A stretch of 64,000 bases of DNA. Origin: an archaeon 13_1_40CM_2_52_13 (GTDB lineage Archaea; Thermoproteota; Bathyarchaeia; 40CM-2-53-6). This document shows positions 1 through 10,033 of this stretch, piece after piece; positions within the stretch are counted from its first letter, which is position 1, and every line of letters starts with the position of its first letter. The stretch lies in assembly GCA_001919285.1 (NCBI GenBank), contig MNHO01000049.1:17746-81745 (forward strand). Reading direction: 5' to 3'. The notes below the pieces were generated by a model that was given only the letters and a program-made list of their open reading frames with translations, was not told the origin of the DNA and did no database searches. The translations under genes were made by a program, and so were the position numbers.

Positions 1-2
1 TA

Positions 3-260
3 CAGTATTCGTTTGCGGCGGCCGAAGATGCTAGCGCGGCTCAGCAGCTTGCCAACAGCGCCATCTCGCCGGCACTCGTCTTCAGTCTCATCGGAGTCGC
101 AATCGGCGTAGCCATCGGCATCCTGCTCGGCTATTTGATATTCCGGAGGAGGAAGTCAGCAGGAGTCCAGTACAATCGATGTCCCACCTGTCAGCAGCTT
201 TTGAGATGGGACCCTGCCCAGATGCGCTGGTATTGCGACACGTGTCAAAAGCCAGTCTGA
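3..260 (+). CDS. Partial CDS, 5' end outside the window. It encodes the C-terminal part of a membrane-anchored protein: one TM helix followed by a CPTC...CDTC zinc ribbon.
   Basis: The frame is open from the window edge to TGA at 258-260. It reads ...LVFSLIGVAIGVAIGILLGYLIFRRRK (TM helix) then NRCPTCQQLLRWDPAQMRWYCDTCQKPV. Confidence 0.3.
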   Translation, partial: QYSFAAAEDASAAQQLANSAISPALVFSLIGVAIGVAIGILLGYLIFRRRKSAGVQYNRCPTCQQLLRWDPAQMRWYCDTCQKPV

Positions 261-617
261 GCTATGCTTCTCACTGGGAACAGTAAATGAATGCGCCGCA
301 GACTCGTCCGTTTCAAGCCTGACAGGCGCATAACAAGCCCTGATCACAAATCTGGGCAGGCGATTTTAGATCACTAGACTTTCACGAAGAGCCATACGCT
401 CAATTTCCACTCTACGAAAACGGTCGACCAGCCTATTCCAAGCCGCAAATCGGAAAACTCACCCATATGAGCTTCAACTGGCGAGAGCCTCCTAGAAAAA
501 AGGGGGCAGGAATCTTATTCTCGCGACGCGAGAGTGCTTCTGTCCGCGTTCAGGGATTTCTGCGAACCGCCGGAATGCCAACAGGCTTTGACTGCAAATC
601 TAGGCTACTCTTCTCAG

Positions 618-1412
618 TCAATCATTTGCCCGTGAGATCTGGCTCATGTAGAGACATCGACTCCACGCCAGCTTCGCCGGGCGAATGCCGTGCCCACTGC
701 CGAGGCTAACAGGGGCATCGCGAACTATCGCGAAGGGAATCTGATCCGAAGCCTCGCCCATCACGAACTGGGCCGATGCTGCTATCCCATCCGCAATCGC
801 CCGGAACGTGATCTCGATACGTCTGCCGAAAAGGTCGACACCTCCTCTGAGGTCTTCGACTGCTTCGAATCCCGCGCAGCCGATCGCGAAACCTGTCGTG
901 CCTAGTCTCATCGGGCTCACCCTACTATCGACGATAACCACTCCTACATTTTTCCCCGATTTTCGCCGAATAGACTGACGGATCTTCTTTGCTGACAGAT
1001 CTGCGTTGCGGGGCCATAGCACGACCGCTCCTGCGGGAGCGTTCTTTCGGTCGATTCCAGCGTTTGCAACAGCGTCACCGTTCTTCACCGTCAGAAGCAC
1101 TCCTTTCACGCCGCCGACCACAGTATCAGCTTCGTCGAGAACGGCTTGGGCAAACGATCGAGTGATGGAATGTTTGCGAGCAAGTCTTCTAGCCTGCGGC
1201 CCGGGTCTTATGCCGTCGAGGTAACGGATCCTGTTTTCGGCAATTCCGACAATCTTGCTTGAGACAGCAACAATGTCTTTCGACTCGACGCGCATTCGAT
1301 TCTTGGCTAGAGCTTTGGAAAACAGTCCTGGAATGGAGTCCCCGGGTCTCGCCAGACTCGACCTAATCGGGTAGACAATCACGTTTGATTCAGGACCCGG
1401 TAACCTGGGCAA
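618..1412 (-). CDS. cofE: Coenzyme F420-0:L-glutamate ligase (CofE).
   Basis: 264-aa ORF. IVYPI..PGDSI..LAKNRMRVESKDIVAVSSKIVGIAENRI and LLTVKNGDAVANAGIDRKNAP match the CofE family pattern. The ORF overlaps the hutH stop by about 20 nt, so the true start is probably slightly downstream. Confidence 0.7.
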   Translation of the reverse strand: MPRLPGPESNVIVYPIRSSLARPGDSIPGLFSKALAKNRMRVESKDIVAVSSKIVGIAENRIRYLDGIRPGPQARRLARKHSITRSFAQAVLDEADTVVGGVKGVLLTVKNGDAVANAGIDRKNAPAGAVVLWPRNADLSAKKIRQSIRRKSGKNVGVVIVDSRVSPMRLGTTGFAIGCAGFEAVEDLRGGVDLFGRRIEITFRAIADGIAASAQFVMGEASDQIPFAIVRDAPVSLGSGHGIRPAKLAWSRCLYMSQISRAND

Positions 1413-2937
1413 CGATCTTCGCTATCTCACCCTCACGAACCATCCTGCGAATCTTCTCGATATCATCGTGGGAAGACCGATCTTCAAGTAGCCGAGGAAC
1501 TTTTCGTCTGACGGCTTGGAAGACTCGTCTGGTTCCGACGCCTAATCCCTTTGCTCCTCGCAAGTCGATTCCTTGAGCCGCAACAAGCAGCTCTATGCTG
1601 GCAACGTACTGGGAGTTTTCGAGAATCGCTCTGGCTTTGTGGGCTGCTCCGGGTCCCATGCTGACAAAATCCTCAAAATTGCTCGATGTAGGGATCGAGT
1701 CACTGCTAGCAGGATGCGTCAACAGCTTATTCTCCGCAACGAGCGATGTTGCCGTATACTGCACCGCCATCAACCCGCTTGAGAGTCCTGGCTTCGACCT
1801 TCCCCCGACCAGAAACGGTGGAAGCCCATTGTTGAGTGACGGATCTAGCAGAGCGGATATTCTTCTCTCCGACATGTTAGCGAGGTAGGAAATCGCTAAA
1901 GCCAACAGATCGAGTCCCATCGCGACTGGCTGTCCGTGAAAGTTGCCTCCTGAAATACAGATATCGTCCGCGGGAAAGAGGAGAGGATTATCTGTCGCCG
2001 AGTTCATCTCCACTTCAAGAATTTGCTTTGTGAAATCTAGCCCATCTCTTGATGCTCCCATTACCTGCGGAGCGCACCTGAACGAGTAAGGATCTTGAGG
2101 GCGACCATCAGAAGGATCGCCCCTCTCTATCGTCCTAACCGTTCTACTTCCTTTTACCATTCGCCGAACGTGTTCGGCTACAATCTGCTGTCCTGGATGT
2201 GGCCTGAGCTTCTGAATCCTCTCGTCGAAAGCGTCAAGCCAGCCCTTCAAAGCCTCGAGAGAGAGAGCTAACGCTGCTTCTGTAGTGGCCAGGAGTTGGT
2301 ATGCGTCGTGGAGGCAGAGGCAGCCGATTGCGACCATTTGCTGGGTACCGTTGTTAAGTGCAAGTCCTTCTTTCGCTTCGAGCTTGAGGGGCACGCTGCC
2401 CGAGACCTCTAGGGCTTTCCTACCGGGAATCCATCGTCCGTGTGATTCGGCGCTTCCTTCCCCTAGGAGTACGAGAGCCATATGCGATAGAGGTGACAGG
2501 TCTCCGCTCGCGCCCACCGAGCCTTTCTCTGGTATGTATGGGTGGACCTGTTTGTTGAGAAGCCTAACGATGGCGCTGACTACTTCTGGCCTGATTCCCG
2601 AGTTCCCTTTGAGAAGCGTGTTAGCTCGCAGAAGCATAATTGCCCTCACTATGTCGGAGGAGTGTGGTTTTCCTACGCTCGCCGAGTGGCTCCGGATGAG
2701 GTTCGTCTGGAGCTGTTTCAGATCGTCTGGTGGAATCCTGAAGTTTGATAGAGCTCCGAACCCTGTGTTGACTCCGTAGATCGTTTCCTTTTCTTGTAAC
2801 AATCTTTCGAGGGATCTGCGTCCGTTTCTTGTGCGGACGATCGCTTTCTCGGAGATGACAGTCAGAGCATTCTCTCTGGCAACCTGCAAGACCTGATCGA
2901 GTGTAAGATGGGATCCGTCTATCGTAACCTCGGCCAA
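1390..2937 (-). CDS. hutH: Histidine ammonia-lyase.
   Basis: 515 aa. The MIO-forming motif GASGDLSPLSHMA is present and the protein has full-length aromatic amino-acid lyase architecture. Confidence 0.9.
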   Translation of the reverse strand: MAEVTIDGSHLTLDQVLQVARENALTVISEKAIVRTRNGRRSLERLLQEKETIYGVNTGFGALSNFRIPPDDLKQLQTNLIRSHSASVGKPHSSDIVRAIMLLRANTLLKGNSGIRPEVVSAIVRLLNKQVHPYIPEKGSVGASGDLSPLSHMALVLLGEGSAESHGRWIPGRKALEVSGSVPLKLEAKEGLALNNGTQQMVAIGCLCLHDAYQLLATTEAALALSLEALKGWLDAFDERIQKLRPHPGQQIVAEHVRRMVKGSRTVRTIERGDPSDGRPQDPYSFRCAPQVMGASRDGLDFTKQILEVEMNSATDNPLLFPADDICISGGNFHGQPVAMGLDLLALAISYLANMSERRISALLDPSLNNGLPPFLVGGRSKPGLSSGLMAVQYTATSLVAENKLLTHPASSDSIPTSSNFEDFVSMGPGAAHKARAILENSQYVASIELLVAAQGIDLRGAKGLGVGTRRVFQAVRRKVPRLLEDRSSHDDIEKIRRMVREGEIAKIVAQVTGS

Positions 2938-2989
2938 TGTCCTACCGTTTGTTTGAAGCGAGATGTTTGAGAGATAAGTATTGGCGGGC

Positions 2990-4681
2990 TTACCTGAGCA
3001 TCGGCATCCGCAGCCCCTGCTTTCTAACTATCTCCTTTGCCTTCGGATAGCCTGCATCAGCATGTCGGACAACTCCGATCCCAGGGTCTACCGTCAGCAC
3101 ACGTTCTAGCCTTTCCGCGGCTTCAGGCGTGCCATCAGCCACAAGGCACATTCCCGCGTGAATACTGTAGCCCATTCCAACCCCGCCACCCTGATGAACG
3201 CTCACCCACGTTGCCCCTGCAGCAGTGTTGAGAAGCGCGTTGAGGATCGGCCAGTCAGCTATCGCGTCGCTTCCATCCATCATCCCTTCCGTCTCCCTTC
3301 TCGGCGACGCTACGCTCCCACAGTCGAGGTGATCTCTTCCGATCCATATGGGACCTGATAACTTCCCAGTTCTCACCATATCGTTGATGCGTCCTCCGAA
3401 CTTCGCTCTCTCACCGTAGCCTAGCCAGCACACTCGGGCGGGCAGTCCCTGGAACTTGACGTGCTGCCTAGCTTTCTTTATCCATCGTCGGAGGTCCGTG
3501 TTGTCGGGGAAAGTGTCAAGGACTAGCTGGTCTATTTTCCGGATGTCTTCTGCGTCCCCCACGAGCGAGGTCCACCTGAACGGACCTCTACCTTCACAGA
3601 ACATTGGTCTGATGTACTTCTGGACGAATCCAGGAAATTCGAATGCCTCCTTCAGACCAGCATCAAAGGCTTTTTGTCGGATGTTGTTGCCATATTCAAA
3701 GACGACAGCGCCTTTGCGACCCATATCGATCATGGCCTTGACATGGGTCAGGATACTCTTGCCAGCTCTATCGAGATACTTGGTTGGGTTTGATTTTCTG
3801 AGCCGGTCAGCTTCCTCCTTCGACAATCCCGCAGGATAGTATCCGTTGAGAGGATCGTGGGCTGAAGTTTGATCAGTGACAATGTCTGGAATGAAGGATC
3901 TTCTAACAAGTTCTGGATGAACCTCAGCGGCGTTTCCAAGCAGGGCTAGACTTGTCGAGGTTCCTTGTTGCTTAGCTTCGTTCACAATATCGATGGCTTC
4001 GTCAAGATCATCAGTCGATCTTTCAAGATAGCCGTGCCTAAGCCTCCTCTCTATCGCGCGTTTATCGATCTCAACAGCCAGCGCGATTCCATCGTTCATC
4101 GTTACCGCCAACGGCTGCGCCCCGCCCATCTCCCCGAGCCCCGCGGTGAGGACAACTCGTCCCCTCAATCTGCCCCCGAAATGTTCCCTAGCGGCAGCGG
4201 CGAGCGTCTCGTAAGTGCCCTGTAAAATCCCCTGTGTTCCGATGTAAGCCCAAGACCCGGCAGTCATTTGTCCGAACATTATCAGGCCCTTCTGTTCCAG
4301 CTCGTAGAAGTAGTCCCATGTCGCCCATTTTGGCACCAGCATACTGTTGACGATCAAGACTCTCGGTGCCATCCTGTGAGTCTTGAAGATCGCCACAGGC
4401 TTCCCGCTCTGGACGAGGAGAGTGTCATCCTCCCCTAGATTCTTGAGGGACTCCTCGATTGTCGCCAGAGCCTCCCACGATCGAGCCGCTCTTCCCGTTC
4501 CACCATAAACGATCAGCTCATCCGGGTTTTTCGCCACGTCGGGCTGCAGAACATTATGGAGCATTCTCAATGCTCCCTCAATCTGCCAATTCCTGCAGTT
4601 GAGACTACGGCCAGTAATCAGAGAGAGTTTCTCTTTCTGTCTCAGAGTGGTAGCAGGCCGTGGTTGACCCTGTCGAGTCAA
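2990..4681 (-). CDS. hutU: Urocanate hydratase (urocanase).
   Basis: 563 aa. The NAD-binding [12 protein letters not shown] motif is present, plus the conserved N-terminal block ...[19 protein letters not shown].... Confidence 0.9.
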   Translation of the reverse strand: MTRQGQPRPATTLRQKEKLSLITGRSLNCRNWQIEGALRMLHNVLQPDVAKNPDELIVYGGTGRAARSWEALATIEESLKNLGEDDTLLVQSGKPVAIFKTHRMAPRVLIVNSMLVPKWATWDYFYELEQKGLIMFGQMTAGSWAYIGTQGILQGTYETLAAAAREHFGGRLRGRVVLTAGLGEMGGAQPLAVTMNDGIALAVEIDKRAIERRLRHGYLERSTDDLDEAIDIVNEAKQQGTSTSLALLGNAAEVHPELVRRSFIPDIVTDQTSAHDPLNGYYPAGLSKEEADRLRKSNPTKYLDRAGKSILTHVKAMIDMGRKGAVVFEYGNNIRQKAFDAGLKEAFEFPGFVQKYIRPMFCEGRGPFRWTSLVGDAEDIRKIDQLVLDTFPDNTDLRRWIKKARQHVKFQGLPARVCWLGYGERAKFGGRINDMVRTGKLSGPIWIGRDHLDCGSVASPRRETEGMMDGSDAIADWPILNALLNTAAGATWVSVHQGGGVGMGYSIHAGMCLVADGTPEAAERLERVLTVDPGIGVVRHADAGYPKAKEIVRKQGLRMPMLR

Positions 4682-5775
4682 TAGACCCTCTTGCCCTCCT
4701 TCACAATTTCCCTTCCCTCAATAAGGACCTTGTCCACCATCCCTTCCCCGTAGGTGTAACCGATCCGCTTGTGGCTCGGAACTTTCAGAACAACGATGTC
4801 GGCGCGCTTTCTAGGCGCGATACTTCCTATAGTATGTTCAAGGCCCAGCGATCTGGCTGCGTTGATCGTGATTCCGCGAATGATCTCGTCCGCTTTCATC
4901 CGGAGCCCCCTGGCCGCCACTGCCGCGACTGTAAGTTGTCCGAGAATCCAGTTGGAGGGGCTAAAGTCTGTTCCCAAGGCCACCGGAAGCCCTTTCGATA
5001 GCATGTCCTTCGCTGGAGCATATTTGCCACTCAGTAGACTGTGAGAAGAAGCTGGGAGCAGAACCGGGGTGACTGAGGTTTGGGTCATTCGCTCCAGCTC
5101 GCCGAGTTTCGAATGAACCAAGTGATCTGCAGATGCAGCTCTGACCTCGTTGGCTACTCCTGCTCCTTGGCTTTCGGTGAACTGGTCAGCGTGTATCCTC
5201 GGCCTCAGACCATTTCGGGTTCCTGCTCTCAATATTTTTCTCGACAACTGTGGGTTGAAGACTCCATTTTCACAGAAAACATCGCAGAATTCTGCAAGCC
5301 CCTCACGGCGAACAGATGGAATCATTTCTTCGATCACTATCCTTGCGTAATCCTCAGGAGCCATTCCTGAGGGGACCGCGTGCGCGCCAAGGAAGGTTGC
5401 AGCTATTCGGCAGAGGTTCTGCTCCTTGAGTTTGTGAATGACTCTCAGGATTTTCAGCTCGTCCTCAAAACGGAGCCCATATCCACTCTTGATCTCTAGT
5501 GTGGTCGTTCCGGCCTCTACCATAGTATTCAATCGGTCCTGAGCAATTGTGAGGAGTTCAAACTGGCTCGTTTGGCGAGTCTTGTTGACAGTTTCCATGA
5601 TTCCTCCTCCCTTCTGGAGAATATCGAGGTAGGAGGCCCCTGCAAGTCTTTGTTGAAACTCCTCTTCTCTGGACCCTTGGAAGACTAGGTGCGTGTGAGG
5701 GTCAACAAAGCCGGGGACAACTATCTCGCCCGTTGCGAGTAAGTGTCTTGAAGCCGAGTACTTCTGTTCTAGCAA
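4678..5775 (-). CDS. hutI: Imidazolonepropionase.
   Basis: 365 aa. Amidohydrolase fold with [11 protein letters not shown] and DHLVH metal-binding motifs. It overlaps hutU by 4 nt, which suggests operon coupling. Confidence 0.9.
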   Translation of the reverse strand: MLEQKYSASRHLLATGEIVVPGFVDPHTHLVFQGSREEEFQQRLAGASYLDILQKGGGIMETVNKTRQTSQFELLTIAQDRLNTMVEAGTTTLEIKSGYGLRFEDELKILRVIHKLKEQNLCRIAATFLGAHAVPSGMAPEDYARIVIEEMIPSVRREGLAEFCDVFCENGVFNPQLSRKILRAGTRNGLRPRIHADQFTESQGAGVANEVRAASADHLVHSKLGELERMTQTSVTPVLLPASSHSLLSGKYAPAKDMLSKGLPVALGTDFSPSNWILGQLTVAAVAARGLRMKADEIIRGITINAARSLGLEHTIGSIAPRKRADIVVLKVPSHKRIGYTYGEGMVDKVLIEGREIVKEGKRVY

Positions 5776-5967
5776 TTGGGAGGATGCGGTCTCTACGATC
5801 TTTCCTTCATCGATTGCAACTCCTCCCTCATCTATGATGCCAAGGTCGTCGTCAACGGAGTTGTCAACCGTAATTGTCTCCTTTGAGTCAAGGATGAGAA
5901 GGTCTATTCGACGCTTCGTGTGCGGTTCCCTTGTAGATTCGACGCAGAGTTCGATAATTACCAGTTG

Positions 5968-7059
5968 TCAGATTACGAGCTTTCCCTCGACCATTATGGC
6001 TAAGCCATCAATGTCGATTGTAGGTTTTGTGAGTGTTCCTGAGAATGAGAGGCTACTATCGTTCTGTCCTCCGATCCCTTTGTTGGCTCCGATACCGATT
6101 GTCGCCGTTCCTAGGGCAAGCTCGTCGGTCCGATATCCGATAAGCTCTATTTTCGAATTCAATCCTAGAGCGAATTGGCCGATCCTGTCTTTGTCTCCTT
6201 GCGTGGCTTCGAAAACCTCTCTGAACACGTCTTCGTACTTCTTGGCATGAAATTCCTTTATCCTTCCTTTCTCGAACACAAACTGCAAGTCGGTTATCAG
6301 ACGCCCCTTCAAGGCCCTAGGAGTATCGAGCACAACAGTGCCTCGCGCGCTAGTCTCGATCGGTGGCACCTCGACCTTCCCGGAGGGCAGTTGAGTCGAG
6401 ACGAGGCCACGTTCCATGTCGTCCTGGTCTACGATTCCATCCTCAATATGGACTGGCCGTTTCGTAATGTCAAACCTGAGATCTGTTCCTATCTTGGATG
6501 TGATGTGGACCTTCGTCGCTCGTTCTAGACGGTTTGCAATTTTCTTGCCTAGCTCTGTCATTTTCGGATAGTCGACTCTGATCGCGTCCTCGGTGTTCTT
6601 GAGCCATCTGGCATAGTCGAAACCGTAGGCCCGAGCACGTTGGGGGGTGACGTCGCCGAGGAGAACCTGCAAGACTCGGATTTTTCTCTCAATAGTCTTG
6701 TCTACGAGTGGTTTGTCTCCTTCGAAAAATGGCTCGAGACGCGAAGAGGGAACCTCTCTGAACTTCGTCGGGTCTTCGGGACCCCCGATCCCAATCCAGA
6801 CTGTAGCACTCTCCATCGCACCTAGGATGTGTCGAGGTGTCTTGCGGAAATACTGTTCGGGTATTTCCTCCAATGCCTTCCACCACAATCGGTCGGTCAT
6901 AAGTGTGATCAGAGGCTTTGCCCCGGTCCTGAGGCATTCGAGTGCAATGTCACTTGCTAGGTCGATAGTATGTTGCCAAGTATCAATGACAACCATGTCG
7001 TCCTCGTGAATTCTCAATGAGGTCTGAACGACACGTTTTGCTATGGAGTCATCCGGCAA
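5968..7059 (-). CDS. M29-family aminopeptidase (aminopeptidase T / AmpS-like).
   Basis: 363 aa with typical M29 (thermophilic metalloprotease) length and conserved blocks. It lies immediately upstream of hutI in the same orientation. Confidence 0.7.
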   Translation of the reverse strand: MPDDSIAKRVVQTSLRIHEDDMVVIDTWQHTIDLASDIALECLRTGAKPLITLMTDRLWWKALEEIPEQYFRKTPRHILGAMESATVWIGIGGPEDPTKFREVPSSRLEPFFEGDKPLVDKTIERKIRVLQVLLGDVTPQRARAYGFDYARWLKNTEDAIRVDYPKMTELGKKIANRLERATKVHITSKIGTDLRFDITKRPVHIEDGIVDQDDMERGLVSTQLPSGKVEVPPIETSARGTVVLDTPRALKGRLITDLQFVFEKGRIKEFHAKKYEDVFREVFEATQGDKDRIGQFALGLNSKIELIGYRTDELALGTATIGIGANKGIGGQNDSSLSFSGTLTKPTIDIDGLAIMVEGKLVI

Positions 7060-7269
7060 GCAAAGACCAGTTGATATGAGGATTTGTCGCGTAGATAAGC
7101 GTTGAACGCTTCGAGTGGAATGTGCATTAGATGCTATGACTGTCTGAGGTTCAAGCCTGAGTTATCAGCCTCTTGTCCGACCTATTTTTCGGAGTGTTCG
7201 AAGGTTCCACGCGGACTGTCGCGGACTCGATCTCGGGGGCATGGTCAAGTTTGACCTCGCCATGCGTAA

Positions 7270-8442
7270 TCAACCTTGGTTGAGCGGAGGCTGAGCATGA
7301 TCGTGGAGAATGCTCTCGTTTGGTCCGTGAGGGCTCCTGAGGGGTTGCCCGACTCCTACAGCGAAGAGTACTGTTTCTGAGACACCATCGAGATTCAGCT
7401 CTTTCTCGATAAGGTTGTCACGCAATATTCCGATGCAGAAGGCGCCTAGTCCGAGGGCGGTAGCGACTAAAAGAAACGACTGTGAGAGATGCCCGGCGTC
7501 GAGTAAGAACGCCCTATAGACTCGTGGTACTCTATACTTCCAAGCCGTTCGTGCAATGACAGCTGTCATTATGAAAAGGGCGCTCGCATTTCTTGTCCAT
7601 GAATGACCGGCAGTCAACACTTCACATCTCTCACGGAAGTCTCCAGCTTTGAGAAGTTCCAGCGAGTGGTCTCTCACAGAGTAGTGGTATATCCCTGGCT
7701 CAATCCCCTCCACATTGTTGATGATACCGTAGGTTTCTATCGGGTGGCGTGCTCCGGCCGACGGACTGGTCTTGTGGAGCAGCTCTCCGAACTCGCGGGT
7801 CTTGTAGGATGAGATCCTTCCCCAAGTGAAGAAGGCGAGTCTTGACAGATCATTGAAGCTTATCGCGTTCCCAGAGAGTTCTCTCGTCGAATGTCTCCTG
7901 CGAAGTGTCCTGAAAAATGGGGCTTCGGGGCGAGATTCTTTCGACAGGTTAATCTTGGGTTGTTTGTGATAGGACTTGTAAATGGGTGGTTGTTTTCTTC
8001 CCTTAAGGTACTTCTTGTAATACTGGTTAATCTCGTCGGCCGAATTGTGAGGGTCGTCGATCTTCGTCGAGAAGTGATAGTAACGAGAGGCTGTCGGCCA
8101 TAGCCATTCGTGTCCGAATTTGTTCTCTAACTTGGCCTCTTCGGAGTCTTTGGTGATTAGCAAACCGTTGTCTCTTAGGTTCCGAATTGAGTGAAAGATG
8201 GACTCTCTGGTGTAACCGCTCAGACTTTGTGAAGCTTCCGAGGCAGTTCTCCATGTCGAAAAGTAACTGAGGAGCATCATGGCATTCAAATCAATCTTGA
8301 AGGTTCGTCTCCTCATGTAATTCTCGACAATCAGGTGCTCTCGACGAAAATACATCATTACGTTGGGTGATCTTCTCATCTTCAACCCAGAGAATTCGCT
8401 ATTGATTTTTCTACCGGTAGAAGTCAACTTGCGCTTCATCAA
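7270..8442 (-). CDS. SagB/ThcOx-type (nitroreductase-fold) dehydrogenase domain protein with a roughly 150-aa N-terminal extension.
   Basis: 390 aa. The C-terminal half carries the SagB-type block ...TSPSAGARHPIETYGII..EPGIYHY... together with a nitroreductase-like core. No YcaO/cyclodehydratase partner is present in the window. Confidence 0.6.
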   Translation of the reverse strand: MMKRKLTSTGRKINSEFSGLKMRRSPNVMMYFRREHLIVENYMRRRTFKIDLNAMMLLSYFSTWRTASEASQSLSGYTRESIFHSIRNLRDNGLLITKDSEEAKLENKFGHEWLWPTASRYYHFSTKIDDPHNSADEINQYYKKYLKGRKQPPIYKSYHKQPKINLSKESRPEAPFFRTLRRRHSTRELSGNAISFNDLSRLAFFTWGRISSYKTREFGELLHKTSPSAGARHPIETYGIINNVEGIEPGIYHYSVRDHSLELLKAGDFRERCEVLTAGHSWTRNASALFIMTAVIARTAWKYRVPRVYRAFLLDAGHLSQSFLLVATALGLGAFCIGILRDNLIEKELNLDGVSETVLFAVGVGQPLRSPHGPNESILHDHAQPPLNQG

Positions 8443-8873
8443 CCTCCTTCTGGCATCGGAAAGCGTTATATTTCGTGCCTTGTCAGTTGGAGCGAGGAAA
8501 TACTACTTGAAGGACAAGATGAAGCGTAAGAAGCTGAACGCAGTCGTTGTACCGATTCGAGCAACCCCGCGCTTGCCTGCTGGAAAATGGACCCTCAGTA
8601 TCGATTCGTAGAACTTCTCAACCACTCGGACAATTAATGATCTTCAGTCGGAATCGTACTGGTAGTCTTGCCATATCCATATGTTGTGCTTCCTCATCCA
8701 AAGGCTTCGCTTATGAAGGATAAGTCGGGTAACAGTGGAACTATCATTGCGTTTGGTAAGTTAGCCTTCACCTCAGACAGTTCTGCTATAGAACAATCTG
8801 GTTATCTTCGAGAGTACGTAGATTCTCATAGACAAGACAGACTGTAGCATATTCCTCATAGACTGACGGAGCT

Positions 8874-9341
8874 CTACCCGCGGATGTCTGAACTCCCAAA
8901 TCCGAGTACTAGTAACGAGTGAAATCTTCTCATCAATAGACTAATCTGTGGCTTGAATAGCACAACTGATTCAGGTTTCTGTTCTTTGAATTGTTCGAAA
9001 CTTCCTTGGAAGGATTCGGCCAGGAGCAACATCGCATACTCTTCGTAACGACCTCCCATAACTGTGAAGGCGCCGGGTCCGAGGTCTCTCCTTCTGAGAA
9101 ATACGATTGGCAGTCTTACTCGCGTACCTGCTTCGGTAGGGAGAGAATGGGATAGTTCTTCAAGCTCACGCGTCTTCATCTTGATGAGGTCTCCGGACGC
9201 GGCCGGAACTCTCGGGGCGGGCTCGCTCAGAAGTTCTTTCAGAGTTCTACGGTTCTTTGGAAGATGAGAGTTGAGCTTTCTCATGTCATCGCGAAGAAGT
9301 GCGTTGAAGAACCGATCACGCTGCTCCAATTCAGAGTTCAC
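8874..9341 (-). CDS. UPF0216 (DUF61)-family conserved archaeal protein.
   Basis: 155 aa. The pattern LNSHLPKNRRTLKELLSE..P.V......I.MKTRELEEL...LP.....RLPIVF..R.DLGPGAFTV.G matches UPF0216 proteins. Confidence 0.55.
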   Translation of the reverse strand: MNSELEQRDRFFNALLRDDMRKLNSHLPKNRRTLKELLSEPAPRVPAASGDLIKMKTRELEELSHSLPTEAGTRVRLPIVFLRRRDLGPGAFTVMGGRYEEYAMLLLAESFQGSFEQFKEQKPESVVLFKPQISLLMRRFHSLLVLGFGSSDIRG

Positions 9342-10033
9342 CGTTTGCTGCCCAGGATCATAGAGTGATCTTTTTCGAACGGGTCGAGTCGGATCATTTC
9401 TTTCACCATGTAGCCCTTTTCCTCAAGGAGGGTTCTCTCCTGTCGAAAAATTGATGAAGGTTCCTTCGAGACATCAATGCTTCTGGCTTTTACCGCAAAA
9501 AGGAAATCTCCATTGTCGGAGAGATACCGATCGATGTTCTCAGAGAGGATTCTAGCTTGGTCGGGCTGTGCGATGTCCGCGTAGATACTGTCGACGCCTT
9601 GGACGAGACTTCTATACTTTTCTGGAAACCTTGCGTCTCCGAAGATTGGGATCATGTTTCTCCTGTTCTTACTCGTGTTATTGACTAGGTCTCTGAACGA
9701 TCTCTGAGCGAATTCTACGCAGTAGACTCGTCCCTTTTCTCCTATGATGTCGCTCACATGGCTTGCGGTCGTGCCACTTGCTGCCCCGAGGTAGAGAACC
9801 GTATTTCCGAGCTTGATTGGAACTTCAGAAAGCCCTTTCAGTACGGCGGCAGCTAGCTTACTCCTGTACGGATCCCAGACCCGATATTCTCTATCTGCGA
9901 TCCTTACGATGTCTTCCCCGTAGACGGTGGTCCCGGGGTCCTGGCTGAGCGTGGCCAATCTCTCCTCTCCCTCTCGGACCAGCCAGTATATCCCTTCGAG
10001 CGTCTTGTGCGGGCGGACCCCAGGTCTTCTCAT
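9338..10033 (-). CDS. flpA: Fibrillarin-like rRNA/tRNA 2'-O-methyltransferase.
   Basis: 231 aa. The N-terminal block HKTLEGIYWL...ERLATLS..PGTTVYGE...YRVWDPYRSKLAAA and the SAM motif LYLGAASGTTASHVSDI are present. It lies downstream of nop5, the canonical archaeal arrangement. Confidence 0.9.
   Translation of the reverse strand: MRRPGVRPHKTLEGIYWLVREGEERLATLSQDPGTTVYGEDIVRIADREYRVWDPYRSKLAAAVLKGLSEVPIKLGNTVLYLGAASGTTASHVSDIIGEKGRVYCVEFAQRSFRDLVNNTSKNRRNMIPIFGDARFPEKYRSLVQGVDSIYADIAQPDQARILSENIDRYLSDNGDFLFAVKARSIDVSKEPSSIFRQERTLLEEKGYMVKEMIRLDPFEKDHSMILGSKR

Noticed and set aside
467-709. 80-aa ORF on the plus strand, and similarly the 63-aa ORF at 156..347 on the minus strand.
   Set aside because: The 467..709 ORF has an Arg/Ser-rich low-complexity translation and overlaps the cofE 3' end antisense. 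The 156..347 ORF is antisense to the partial zinc-ribbon membrane gene at 3..260. Neither has a recognisable motif.
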